A DNA stretch of 64,000 nucleotides from the human T2T-CHM13v2.0 reference genome, Homo sapiens. Position numbers and translations under genes: made by a program. This document shows, in pieces, positions 19,948 through 34,699 of this stretch. The DNA is taken from the NCBI RefSeq assembly GCF_009914755.1, contig NC_060947.1; one strand, 5' to 3'. The number at the start of each line of letters is the position of its first letter. Within the stretch, counting starts at the first letter, position 1. The notes beneath the pieces were generated by a model. It had not been told where the DNA came from and made no database searches. It worked only from the letters and a program-made list of their open reading frames with translations.

Positions 19948-22900
19948 GGAGAGTGATCATGGCAGATGGGAGGCAGAACTAGATTGTGGCTCCAGACAGA
20001 GCAGCATGTGGCGGCTTGCACCGAGAATTTTAGCTCTAGATTGACTGCAAGAACAAACCAACAATCTTGAGAGGACCAACAGACCCTCTGAAGGAAGCAG
20101 ATTGCTCCTGCAGGACCTGGGAGACACCTGAAATACTGTGTGTGCCCCAACTACGGAACTGGGAAAGGGAGACCCTCCTGTCTTGAATACACACCCCCAG
20201 TGGAGAAGCTGAAGATCTGTTTGCAGGAGAAGTTTCTGACTTTACCTGGAGCTCGGTCAAGTTAGAGAACCAAGCAAAATACAAGAGTAGAGGAAGCAGC
20301 AGAAAGGCCCTGGGAGCTCGCTGCGTCTCCAAGCAGGCCATTCCTGCCTGGCACCACAAGGATCCATCGGGTGGGTGACCAGAGAAGCAAGGGGTAAAAC
20401 TCCACAGGGAGAAGGAATTCTCTAGCTGAACTTTGTAAAAAATTGAATACGGTGAGAAGCCTCCCGCCAGCACTCACAGGAGGGCGCAAATTAGGTGTGA
20501 AAACTTCACAGGTCGGGGAAGAACTAAAGCCCTTTTTTTTTCACAGCTGGGCAGCAGATAGCCTCAGGCAAGTTTTCAAGCCTGTCTCACCCTCCGTCTG
20601 GACACAGACTCAGGGCTGCTGTGGGGAGCACTGCGGGAGTGAGACTGGCCCTTCGGTTTGTGGTTTGTGAAGAAGCTGGGTGAGGACAGTGACTGCCAGC
20701 TTTTCCCCACTTTCCTGACAACCTGTATGACAGCAGATGAGCCGTAATCCTCCTATGTACACGGGAATAACACCCCTATCCCCCACAGCATCAACAAGAC
20801 ACGCCCAAGGAGAGTCTAAGCTCAGACACGCCTAGCCCCACTAGCACCTGATGGTCCTTCCCTATCCACCCAGGTAGTGAAAGACAAAGGGTATATAATC
20901 TTTGAAGTTTTAGAGCCAAGTCCACCACCGGTTCCTCTCCAACTACTATAGCTGATGCATTCTGGAAATTGCCACCTCCTGACAAGAGACCAACCAGCAC
21001 AAAAATAGAACATTAAACCACCAAAGCTAAGGGTCCTCATGGAATCCACTGAACCCTCTGCCACCTCCACCAGAAAACGTGCTGGTATTTATGGCTGAGA
21101 GATCCAGAGACAGTTCACATCACAGGACTCTGTGCAGACAACCCCCAGTACCAGCCCAGAGCTGGGTAGACTCACGGGGTGGCTAGACCCAGAAGAGAGA
21201 CAATAACTGCAGTTCAGCTCACAGAAAGTCACACCTATGGGAAATAAAAAAAGGAGAGTATTACATCAAGGGACCCCATGGGACAAAAGAATTTGAACAC
21301 ACAACCTTCAGCCCTAGACCTTCCCTCTGACAGAGCCTACCCAAGTAAGAACAGAAAACCAACCCTAGTAATATGACAAATAAAGGCTAATCAACACCCC
21401 CCAAAAATCACACTAGTTTACCAGCAATTGATCCAAGCCAAGAAGAAATCCCTGATTTACCTGAAAAAGAACTCAGGAGGTTAGTTATTAAGCTAATCAG
21501 GGAGGGGCTGGCAAAAGGCAAAGCCCAATGCAAGGAAATCCAAAACAAGATACAAGAAATGAAAGGAGAAATATTTATGGAAATAGATAGCTTAAATAAA
21601 AAAGTCAAAATTACAGGAAACTTTGGAAATACTTTTAGGAATGTGAAATGCTCTGGAAAGTCTCAGCAATAGAATTGAACAAGTAGAAGAAATAAATTCA
21701 GAGCTCAAAGACAAAATCTTCAAATTAACCCAATCCAACAAAGACAAAGAAAATATGAACTAAGCCTCCAAGAAGTCTGGGATTATGTTAAACAACCAAA
21801 CCTAAGAATAATCAGTGTACCTGAGGAAGAAGAGAATTCTAAAAACTTGGAAAACATATTTTGAGGACTAATTGAGGAAAAATTCACTGGCCTTGCAAGA
21901 GACCTAGACATCCAAATACAAGAGGGACAACGAATATCTGAGAAATTCATCACAAAGAGATATTTGCTTAGGCACATTGTCATCTCATGCTATCTAAAGT
22001 TAAGATGGAGGAAATAATCTTAAAACTGTAAGACAGAAGCACCAGGTAACCTATAAAGGAAAATCAGATTTACAGCAGATTTCCTAGCAAAAACCCTACC
22101 AGCTACAAGGGATTGGGGCCCTATCTTCAGCCTCCTGAAACAAAACAACTATCAACCAAGAAGTTTGTATCCAGGGAAACTAAGCATCATATATGAAGGA
22201 AAGATACAGTTATTTTCAGACAAACAAATGCTAAGAGAATTTGCCATTACCAAGCTACCACTACAAGAACTGCTAAAAGGAGCTCTAAATATTAAAACAA
22301 ATCTTGGAAGCACATCAAAACAGAACCTCTTTAAAGTATAAATCACACAAGACCCATAAAATAAAAGTACAAGTTAAAAAGCAAAAACAAAAAAAGAAAA
22401 AACAAAATATGCAGGCAACAAAGAGCAGGATTAAAGCAACAGTACCTCACATTTTAATATCAACATTAAATGTAAATGGCCTAAATGTTCCACTTAAAAG
22501 ATACAGAACCACAGAAGGGATAAGAACTCACCAATCAACTATCTGTTGCTTTCAGGAAATTTACCTAACACATAAAGATGCACATATACTTAAGGTAAAG
22601 GGGTGGAAAAAGGCATTTCAGGCAAATGGACACCAAAGAGACCAGGGATAGCTATTCTTATATCAGACAAAACAAACTTTAAGCAACAGCAGTTAAAAGA
22701 GACAAAAAGGAACCGTATATAATGGTAAAAGACCTTGTCCAACAAGAAAATATCACAATCCTAAACATATTTGCACCTAACACTGGAGCTCCCGAATTTG
22801 TAAAACCATTACTAACAGACTGAAGAAAAAAGATAGGAAGCAACACAATAATACTGGGGGAATTCAGTACTCTACTGACAGCTCTAGACAGGTCATCAGG

Positions 22901-24630
22901 ACAGAAAGTCAACAAAGAAACAACGGATTTAAACCTTATCTTCAAACAAATTGACTTAACAGACATATACAGAACATTTCATCCAACAACCACAGAATGC
23001 ATATTCTATTCAACAGTGCATGGATATTTCTCCAAGATAGACCGTAAGATAGGCCATAAAATGAGGCTCAAAGAATTTACGAAAATTGTAATTATATCAA
23101 GCACTCTCTCAGACCATAGTGAAATAAAACTGAAAATCAACCCCAAAAGGAATCTCCAAAACTATCCAAATACATGGAAATTAAATAACCTGCTCCTGAA
23201 TGAGCATTGGGTCAAAAACAAAATCAAGATGAAAATTTAAAAATTCCTTGAACTGAATGACAATAATGACACAACCTATAAAAACCTCTGGGATACAGCA
23301 AAGGTGGTGCTAAAAGGAAAGTTTATAGCCCTAAATGCCGACATCAAAAAGTCCGAAAGAGCACAAAAACAAATATAAGGTCACACCACAAGGAACAAGA
23401 GAAACAAGAACAAACTGAAACCAAACCCAGCAGAAGAAAGGAAAAAACCAAGATCAAGGCAGAACTAAATGAAATTGAAACAAGAAAACAATACAAAAAA
23501 AAAAAAAGACTCCGCAAAAAAAAAAAAAAAAAAAAAAGATAAATAGCTGGGACCTAAATAAACTAAAGAGCTTTTGCTCAGAAAAAGGAACAGTCAGGAG
23601 GATAAAGAGACCAACCCACACAGTGGGAGAAAATCTTCACAATCTATAAATCTCACAAAGAATTAATATCCAGAATCTACAGTGAACTCAAACAAATCAG
23701 TAAGAAAAAAACAAACAATCCCATCAAAAAGTGGGCTAAGGCCATGAGTAGAAAATTCTCAAAAGAAGATATACAAATGGCCAACAAACATATGAATAAA
23801 TGTTCAACATCACTAATGATCAGGGAAATGCAAATCAAAACCACAATGCAATACCGCCTTACTCCTGCAAGAATGGCCATAATCAAAAAACAGTAGATGT
23901 TACCATGAATGCGGTAATCAGGTAACACTTCTACACTGCTGGTGGGAATGTAGTCTAGTACAACCTCTATGGAAAACAGTGTGGAGATTGCTTTAAAAAC
24001 TAATAGTAGAACTACCATTTGATCGAGCAATTCTGCTACTGGGTATCTACCCAGAGGAAAAGAAGTTATTGTTCAAAAAAGATTCTTGCACACACATGTT
24101 TATAGCAGCACAATTCACAATTGTAGAATCGTGGAACCAACTCAAATGCCCATCAGTCAATGAGAAGATAAAGAAACTGTGGTGTATATGTATATATATA
24201 TATATATATGATGGAATAACACTCAGCCATAAAAGGGAATGAATTCACAGCATTTTCAGTGACTTGAATGAGATTGGAGACTATTAGTCTAAGTGATGTA
24301 ACTCAGGAATGGAAAACCAAACATCATATGTTCTCACTGATATGTGGGAGCTAAGTTATAAGGACACAAAGGCATAAAAATGATACAATGGACTTTGGGG
24401 ACTTGAGGGTAAGAGTGGGAGTGGGACGAGAGATAAAAAACTGCAAATATGGTGCAGTGTATACTGCTCAGGTAATGGGTGCACCAAAATCTCACAAATC
24501 ACCACTGAAGAACTTACTCATGTAACCAAATACCACTTGTAACTCAATAACTTATGGAAAAATAAAATAAATAAATAAAAATGAAAATGAAAAAAATTTA
24601 AAAAGAAAAGTAAATTGGAAATAAAATAAA
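19948..24630 (+). mobile_element. L1PB1-like element with 5'UTR, ORF1, EN and 3' end, lacking about 2 kb of central ORF2
   Basis: 5' gatcatggcagatgggaggcag; 3' gtgcaccaaaatctcacaaatcaccactgaagaactt...ttatggaaaaataaa; host EN sequence resumes near 24630. Confidence 0.85.
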
Positions 24631-26162
24631 ATAAACCACAAAATTGAAAGTAAAACACTCTTCAGCAAATGGAAAAGAACTGAAATCATAACAAACAGTC
24701 TCTCAGAGCACAGTGCAATCAATTAGATCTCAGGATTAAAAAACTCGCTCAAAACCACACAACTACATGGAAATTGAACAATCTGTTTTTGAGTGACTCC
24801 TGGGTAAATAATGAAATTAAGGCAGCCATCAAGAAGTTCTTTGAAACCAGTAAAACAAAGAGACAATGTACCAGAATCTCTGGGACACAGATAAAGCAGT
24901 GTTAACAGGGAAATTTATAGCATTAAAATGCCCACATTAGAAAGCTAGAAAGATCTCAAATTGACATCCTAACATCACAGTTAAAACAGCTAGAGATGCA
25001 AAAGCAAACTAATCTAAAAGCTAGCAGAAGGCAAGAAATAACTAAGATCAGAAAAGAATTGAAGGAAATAGAGACATGAAAAACCCTCCAAAATATCAAT
25101 GAATCCAGGAGCTGGCTTTTTGAAGAAACTAACAAAATAGATAGACTACTAGCTAGAGTAATAAAGAAGAAGAGAGAGAAGATCAAATAGACATAATAAA
25201 AAATTATAAAGGGGATATTATCACTGACTCCACAGAAATACAAACTACCATTAGAGAATACTATGTAGAGGTCTATGCAAATTAACTAGAAAGTCTACAA
25301 TAAATGGATAAATTCCTGGACACATACACCCTACCAAGACTAAACCAGGAAGAAGTGGAAACGGTGAATAGACAAAAAACAATTCTCAAATTGAGCCAGT
25401 AATTATTAGCCTACTAATCAAAAAAAGCCCAGGACACACAGATTCACAGCTGAATTCTACCAGAGGTACAAAGAGGAGTTGGTACGATTCTGTCTAAAAC
25501 TATTCCAAACAACTGAAAAGGAAGGACTCTTCCCTAACTCATTTTATGATGCCAGCATTATCCTGATACCAAAACCGAGCAGAGACAAAAAAAAAAAAAA
25601 AAAAAAAAAAAAACCAAAAACTTAAAATCAATATCTCTGATGAACATTGATTCAAAAATCCTCAAACAAATACTGGCAAAGTGAACGCAGCACCACATCA
25701 AATAACTTATCCATGATGATCAAGTTGGCTTCATCCCCAGGATGCATGGCTGGTTCAACATACACAAATCAATAAACATAATCCATCAGATAAACAGAAC
25801 CAATGACAAATAAAACATGATTATCTCAATAAATGCAGAAGCAGACCCTTATAAGATTCAACATCTTTTCATGTTTAAAAGTCTCAATAAACTAAGTATT
25901 GATGGAACATATCTCAAAATTATAAGAGCTATTTATGACAAACCCACAGCCAATATCACATTGAATGGGTAAAAGCTGGAACCATTCCCTTTGAAAACCA
26001 GTACAAGAAAAGGATGCCCTCTCATCACTTCTATTTAACAGAGTATTGGAAATTCTGTCCAGAGCAATCAGGCAAGAGAAAGAAATAAAGGGTATTCAAA
26101 TAGGAAGACAGGAAGTCAAGCTGTCTCTGTTTGCAGATGACATAATTTTATATTTAGAAAAC

Positions 26163-26668
26163 TGTTGGAAACAAGCCCCCCAAAATCTGGCCATAAACTG
26201 GCCCCAAAACTGGCCACAAACAAAATCTCTGCAGCATTGTGACATGTTCATGATGGCCATAGTGCCCATGCTGGAAGGTTGTGTGTTTACTAGAATGAGG
26301 ACAAGGAACACCTGGCCTGCCCAGGGCAGAAAACCTCTTAAAGGCATTCTTAAGCCACAAACAATATCATGAGTGATCTGTGCCTTAAGGACATGCTCCT
26401 GCTGCAGTTAACTAGCCCAACTAGTTAATTTGGCCCACCCCTTCGTTTTCCATAAGGGATACTTTTAGTTTATTTAATATCTATAGAAACAATGCTAATG
26501 ACTGGCTTGCTGTTAATAAATACATGGGTAAATCTCGGCTCGGGGCTCTCAGCTCTGAAGGCTGTGAGACCCCTGATTTCCCACTTCACACCTCTATATT
26601 TCTGTGTGTGTCTTTAATTCCTCTAGCACTGCTGGGTTAGGGTCTCCCTGACTGAGCTGGTCTCAGCA
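26163..26668 (+). mobile_element. MER9 solo LTR of HERV-K(HML-3)
   Basis: TG...CA termini, tgttggaaacaagccccccaaaatctggccataaactggccccaaaactgg, aataaa signal, exact 6-bp TSD gaaaac (26157-26162, 26669-26674). Confidence 0.92.
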
Positions 26669-28899
26669 GAAAACCCCATCATCTCAGCCCAGAAACTTCT
26701 TGAACTATAAGCAACTTCAGCAAAGTCTCAGGATACAAAATCAATGTGCAAAAATCACAAGCATTTGTTACACCAACAATAGGCAAGCAGAGAGTCAAAT
26801 CATGAATGATCTCCCATTCACAATTGCTACAAAGAGAATAAAAAACCTAGGAATACAACTAACAAAGGATGTAAAGAACCTCTTCAAGGAGAACTACAAA
26901 CCACTGCTCAAGGAAATAAGAGAGATCACAAGCAAATGGAAAAACATTCCATGCTCATGGATAGGAAGAAGCAATATCGTGAAAAAGGCCATACAGCCCA
27001 AAATAATTCATAGATCTGGTGCTATTCCCATCAAACTACCATTGACACTCTTCACAGAATTAGAAAAATCTTCTTTAAATTTTATATGGAATCTTAGGTG
27101 ACCCCATAGAGCAAAGACAATCCTAAGCAAAAAGAACAAAGCTGGAGGCATCATGCTACCTGACTTCAAACTATACTACAAGGCTACAGTAACCAAAACA
27201 GCATGGTACTGGTACCAAAACAGACATACAAACCAATTGAACAGAACAGAGACCTCAGAAGTAACACCACACATTTACAACCATCTGATCTTTGACAAAC
27301 CTGGCAAAAACAAGCAATGGGGAAAGGATCTTCTATTAAATTAGTGGTGCTGGGAACACTGGCTAGCCATATGCAGAAAACAGAAACTGGACCTTTTCCT
27401 TACACCTTATACAAAAATTAACTCAAGATGGATTAAAGACTTAAACGTAAAACCCAAAACCATAAAAACTATAGAAGAAAATTTAGGCAATACCATTCTG
27501 GACATAGGCATGGGCAAAGACTTCCTGATGAAAATGCCAAAAGCAATTGCAACAAAAGCCAAAATCGACAAATGGTATCTTGTTAAACTAAAGAGCTTCT
27601 ACACAGCAAAAGAAACTGTCATCAGAGTGAACAGGCAACTTACAGAATGGGAGAAAAATTTTGCAATCTACCCATCTGACGAAGGGCTAATATCCAGAAT
27701 TTACGAGGAACATTAACAAATTTACAAGGAAACAAACAAACAACACCATCAAAAAAGGGGCAAAGAATATGAACAGACACTTAGCAAAAGAAGACCTTTT
27801 TGCAGCCAACAAATATATGACAAAAGCTCAACATCACTGCTCATTAGAGGAAGGCAAATCAAAACCACACTTTTCAAAAGAAGACATTTACATGGTCAAC
27901 AAACATATGAATAAAAGCTCAACAGCACTGATCATCAGAGAAATGCAAATAAATACCACAATGAGATACCATCTCATGCCAGTCAGAATGGCAATTATTA
28001 AAAATCAAGAAACAATAGATGCTGGTGAGGCTGTGGAAAAATAGGAATGCTTTTACACTGTTGGTAAAAATGTGAAGTAGTTCAACCATTGTGGAAGACA
28101 GAATGGCAATCCCTCAAGGATGTAGAACCAGAAATACCATTTGACCCAGCAATCCCATTACTGGGTATATACCCAAAGGAATATAAATCATTCTACCATA
28201 AAGTCACATACATACATATGTTTATTACAGCACTATTTGCAATAGCAAAGACATGGAACCAACCCAAATGTCCATCAATGATAGACTGGATAAAGAAAAT
28301 GTGGTACATATACACCATGGAATACTATGCAGCCATAAAAAAGAATGATATCATGTCTTTTACAGGGACATGGATGAAGCTGGGAGGCATCATCCTCAGC
28401 AAACTAGCACAGGAACAGAAAACCAACCACCACATGTTCTCACTCATAAGTGGGAGTTGAACAATGAGAACACATGGGTACAGAAAGGGAAACAACTCAT
28501 ACCTGGGCCTGTTGGGGGGTAAGAGGCAAGGGGAGAAATCTTAGAGTATGGGTCAATAGGTGCAGCAAACCAACATGGCACACGTATACTTATGTAACAA
28601 ACTGCATGTCCTGCACATGTGTCCCTGAACTTAAAGTAAAATAAATACTTTTAAAAGAATATTTGTGATGGAAATATTCTCTATCTTGATAGCAGTGGTG
28701 GCTGTATCCATCTACATTTGTGATAAAAAAGATATGGGACGAAACACACATATTGAACTAATGTCAATTTTCTACTTTTGATATTGTATTATAAATAAGA
28801 TGTAATCATTGCAGAAAATTAAATGGAGGGTACAAGAGATCCTTCTACACTATTGTTGTAACGTCTTGTAAATCTATACCTGTTTCAAAATAAAAAGTT

Positions 28900-29590
28900 A
28901 GGTGTCACTCTAAAATCACTGTAACTACAATAATTTATTATTGGATAAACAATATTTGAAATAAAAGATTTTGTAACATCAATGAGCTAAAATTTGAAAT
29001 TGCAGAAGAAGTAAAACTATAAAGTGTTTGTATGTGATCAAATATAGTTGTATCATCTTAAAATAGGATATCATAAATATAAGATATTTTATGTAAGTCT
29101 CATGGTAAAGACAAAGGAAAAACCTTTGTTTTACCATAGTAGTTAAACAAAAGATTAATACAAGACATCAAAGCACACCGCAACAGATATCAAATCAAAA
29201 AGAAGACAATAAGAAAAGAAGAAAGGAACAGAAAAACTACAAGAGTCAGAGGACAATAAAAAATGACAATAGTAAGTCCTCACCTGTCTATATAACTTTG
29301 TATATAAGTGGTTTAAATCCTCTAATTAGAAGACATACAGTGCTGAATATATTTGTGAAAAAAAAGAGCTAACTATATACTGCCTACAAGAGACTTTACC
29401 TTTAACAACACACATAGGCAGAAAGTGAAGGAATAGAAAAAGACACCTCAGGAAAATGATAACCCAAAGAGAACAGGAGTGGCTATACTTATACAAGAAA
29501 ATATAGACTCTAAGTCAAAAGCTCTCACACGTGCCAAGAAGGTTATTATATCTTGATAAAGAAGTCATTTTATCAAAAAGACATACATAG
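28900..29590 (+). mobile_element. Old L1M spacer and EN fragment, continuing at 39830-41545
   Basis: tgcctacaagagac, ggagtggctatacttat; collinear EN sequence resumes after the L1MA element. Confidence 0.65.
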
Positions 29591-31699
29591 CAGATGCTTA
29601 AAAAGGGAAGAGATGGAACAAGTTGATGGAATAGAAGGCTCTACTGATTGTCCCCTGTCAAGGACACCAATTTAACAACTATTTACACAAAAAAGCACCT
29701 TCATAAAAAACAAAAACAGGTTAGCATTCACATTATTTAGTGTTAATTTCTTATCACAGAAAGAAGCACAGAAGAGGAACAAAAAAAATCTTAAATCACT
29801 GACGCCACCCCTGCTCCATCACGTGACAGTGGCAGAATGCTACAGAGTGCAGCTGCTGTGCACTGATGGAGGGGGAGCACAGCAATTGTAAGGCATTGAA
29901 CTCAGTGCTATCCTATAATAACAGAAAGCAAAACCCGACCAAACTCAGCTGATGCTCACCCATGAAGAAAGCATTTAAACCAACCCTAGCCAAAGAGAAG
30001 CCAATTCCATGGTTGGAAGTTGACTTTCTGCAAGCTTTGCCACAGCAAGCAAAAGTGCTCTTGGCCTCTAAATAAACCTGAAAAGAATTCTAGACCACAT
30101 GGGCTGCAACTCCTAGATGAGGCTTAGTGCTGAACTGGGCCCAAAGACAATGAACTTTGTGAGTGGAGGGTGGTACACGACATACTGAGAAACTAGCCGA
30201 GGCAGCTGAGGGAGTGCTGTCATCACCCCTCCCCTAACCCCAGGCTGCACAGCTTATGGCTGCAAAACAGACCCTGTCTTTCCACTTGAGAAGGAGAGAA
30301 AAAACAATGGAGAGGACTTTGTCTTGCATTTTAGACACCAGCTCAGCCACACCAGAATGGGGCATGGCTTAGACTCATGAGGCCCCATTTCCAGTCCTAG
30401 ATCCTAGAAAAGATTTCTAGACACTCCCTAGGCCAGAAGGAGAACTGCTGCCTTGAAAGGAAGAACACAGTCCTGGCAGCATTCATCACCTGCTAACTGA
30501 AGAGCCCTTCAGCCCTGAATAATCAGCCGCGATACCCAGGTACTACATTGAGGGCCTTAGATAAGACCCTAAGACATGCTGACTTCAGGTGAGAGTTAGC
30601 ACTTTACCAGCTGTGGTAATTATGAGGCAAGACTCCTTCTGTTTGAGAAAATTAGGAGAAAATAAAGAGGACTTTGTCTTGTACCTTAGGTACCAGCTCA
30701 GCCAGAGGGGTAGAGCAAGAAGTGGGCTCTTGGGGTCTCTGACTCCAGGACTTGGCACTTAGATAGCATTCCTGGACCTGTCCTCGGACAGAGTGGAGCC
30801 CATTGCCCTGAAAGGTGAGTCCCAGGCCAGGAAGCACTCACACGATCTGACTAAAGGGTCCTTGGGTTTTAAGGGAACACTGCAGTAGTCCGGCAGTATT
30901 TCCTGTGGGTCTGTGGTGCCAGGGGCAATGGGATGGGTTGCTATGCCTTTAAAAAGAGGAGGGAATAGTGGGAAGGACAGTATCTTGTGGTTTAAGTGCC
31001 AGCTCAGCTGCAATATATTAGAATGCCAGGTAAATTTCTAAGGTTTTTTTAATTTAGTCCATTGATACCAGAAGGCACCCCTGAACACCTCTGAGGCCTG
31101 TGGAAACTCACATCTCTGAAAAGAAGGGCATAGACCTGGATGGCTTTGCTACCTGCTGATTGTAGAGTGCCAGGTCCTTGCATAAGCATAGACATCAGCC
31201 TGGGAATGGGTACAGCAAGCCATGGTCAAGACCCAGTGCTGTGCTGGCTTAAGGTCTGACCCAGTGCAATCATAGTGATGATGGACACAGTGGTGCTTGT
31301 ATGACTCCAGCCCCATCTTCAGGTAGCCCAGAACAGAGAAAAATACTCCATTTGTTTTGCAGAAAGGAGAGAAAGAGAACAAAAATCTCTACCTGGAAAT
31401 CCAGAAAATTCTTAATCTTCTCCAAGACCATCAAGGTGGTACTTCTATGAGTGTGCAAGAAACATAGCATTATTGGGCTTGGGGTGCCCCTAAAGCCAAT
31501 AGCTTAGATCACAACACCCAAGTCCTTTTGAATATCTGGAAATGCTTCAGAAGGACAGCAGTACAAAAAAGCCCACACTGCAAAGACTATCATAAATAAC
31601 GCACTCTTCAATGCCCAGACACAGACAAACATTTACAAGTATGAAGACAATCAAGAAAAATATAATCTCACTAAATGAACTAAGTAAGGCACCAGGACC

Positions 31700-32982
31700 C
31701 TTTCCTTACACTATATACAAAAATTAACTCAAGATGGATTAAACACTTAAATGTAAATCTCAAAAATATAAAAACCCTAGAAGAAAAACTAGGCAGTACC
31801 ACTCAGGACATAAGCAATGGCAAAGATTTTATGACAAAATGCCAAAAGCGAATGCAACAAAAGCAAGAATTGACAAATGAGATCCAATTAAAATAAAGAG
31901 CTTCTGCACAGCAAAAAAAAAAAAAGTCATTATTCTTAGAGTTAACAGATAACCTACAGAATGGGAGAAAAATTTTGCAATGTATCCACCTGACAGAAAT
32001 CTAATATGCAGGGTCTAGAAAGAATTTAAGCAAATTTACAAGGAAAAAAACATTAAAAAGTGGGCAAAGGACATGAACAGACACTTCTCAAAAGAAGACA
32101 CACATGAGGCCAAGAATCATATGGAAAAAAACTCAACATCACTGATCATTAGAGAAATGAAAATCAAAACCTCAATGAGATACGATCTTGTAGCAGTCAG
32201 AATGGTGATTATTGAAAAGTCAAAAATAACAGATGCTGGCAAGGTGGCAGAGAAAAAGGAACACTTCTACACTGTTAATGGAAGTGTAAATTAGTTTAAC
32301 CATTATGGAAGACAGTGTGGCAATTCCTCAAAGACCTAGAACCAGAAATACCACCTGACCCAGCAATCCCATTACTGGGTATGTACCAAAAGGAATAGGA
32401 ATCATTCTACTATAAAAATACATGCATGCATATGTTTATTGCAGCACTATTCACAAGAGCAAAGACATGGAATCAACCGAAATGCCCATCAGTGATAGGC
32501 TGGATAAAGAAAATGTGGTACAAATACACCATAGAATACTATGCAGCCATAAAAAAGAATAAGATTACGTCCTTTGCAGGGACATGGATGGAGTTGGGAG
32601 CCATTATTCTCAGCAAACTAATGCAGAAACAACAAAACACAACATATTCTCATTTACAAATGAGAGCTATATCATGAGAACACATGGACACATGGGTGGA
32701 ACAACACACACCGAGGCCTGTTGCAGGAGTTGGGGAAAGAAAAACACATGGACATATAAGAAGGAGCAACACACACTGGGGACTGACAGGAGGTAGGGGG
32801 AGGGAGAGCATCAGGAGGAATAGCTAATGGATGCTGAGCTTAACACCTAGGTTTTGGGATGATCTGTGCAGCAAACCATCATGGCATGTTTAGCTATGTA
32901 ACAAACATGCACATTCTGCACATGTACCCCTGAAGTTAAAATAAAAGTTGAAGAAAAAAATAAATTATATATATATATATAT
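31700..32982 (+). mobile_element. 5'-truncated L1PA11/12-like 3' end (~1.3 kb) with (TA)n tail
   Basis: ORF2 C-terminal fragments; 3'UTR gagagcatcaggaggaatagctaatggatg...gatctgtgcagc; degenerate TSD gcaccaggac / gcactagggac. Confidence 0.8.
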
Positions 32983-33206
32983 AGCACTAGGGACAAATCC
33001 TAGAGAAATAGAGATGTGTGACCTCTCAGATAGAGAATTCAAACAAACCGTTTTGAGGAAACTCAAAGAAATTCAAGAAAACAATGAGAAAGAATTCAGA
33101 ATTATATCAAATGAATTTCACAAAGAGATTGAAATGATAAAAAAATCAATCAGAAACTCTGGAGCTAAAGAATACAATTGGAATACTAAAGAATTGAACA
33201 GTCTTT

Positions 33207-33504
<298 letters not shown>

Positions 33505-34379
33505 TTGAACAGAGTCTTTTAGTAGCAGAATTAATCAAGCAAAAGAAAGAATCAGTGAGCTTGAAGCCAGGTGATCCGAAAATACACAGTGAGAGAAAAT
33601 GAAAGAAAATAAAACAATGAAGCACACCTACAGGATCTGGAAAATATCCTCAAAAGGGCAAATTTAAGAGCTATTTGGCTTAAAGAGGAGGTAGAGATGA
33701 AGATAGGAGTAGAAAGTTTATCCAAAGGAATAATAACAGAGAACTTCCCAAACATAGAGAAAGATATCAATATCCAAGTACAAGAAGATTATAGACCACC
33801 AAGCAGATTTAACCCAAAGAAAACTACCTTAAGTCACTTAATAATCAAACTCCCAAAGGTCAAGGATAAAGAAAGGATCCTAAAAACAGCTATAGATAAA
33901 AAATAAAATAACATAAAATGGAACTCCAATACATCTGGCAGCAGACATTTTAGTGGAAAACTCACAAGCATAGAGAGAGTGGCATGGCATATGTAAAGTA
34001 CTGAAGGAAAAAAAGCTTACCTACCTTTAATAGTATATCTGGCAAAAGTATACATCAAACATGAATAAGAAATAAAGTATTTCCCAGAAAAACAAAAGTT
34101 GAAGGATTTCATCTACACCAGTCCTATCCTAAAAGAAATGCTAAAGGGAGTACTTCAATCAGGAAAGGACATTAATGAGCACTAAGTAATCACTTGAGTG
34201 TAAAAAACTCACAGGTAATAGTAAGTACACACAAAAACAAAAAATATTATAACACTGTAACTGTGGTGTGTAACCTACTCTTATCCTAAATAGAAAGGCT
34301 AAATGAGAAACCAATCAAAAAGAAAACATAACTACAACTTTTTTGGACATAGTACAATAAGATATAAATAGAAACAACA

Positions 34380-34699
<320 letters not shown>

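Larger units (their letters stand above)
16926..28653 (+). mobile_element. Full-length decayed L1PA (L1PA10/8A-like), interrupted by L1PB1 and MER9
   Basis: 5' gggggtcaagatggctgactaga; ORF1/ORF2 remnants; 3'UTR tatgggtcaataggtgcagc; TSD aaagactatttgtg (16912-16925) / aaagaatatttgtg (28654-28667). Confidence 0.85.
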
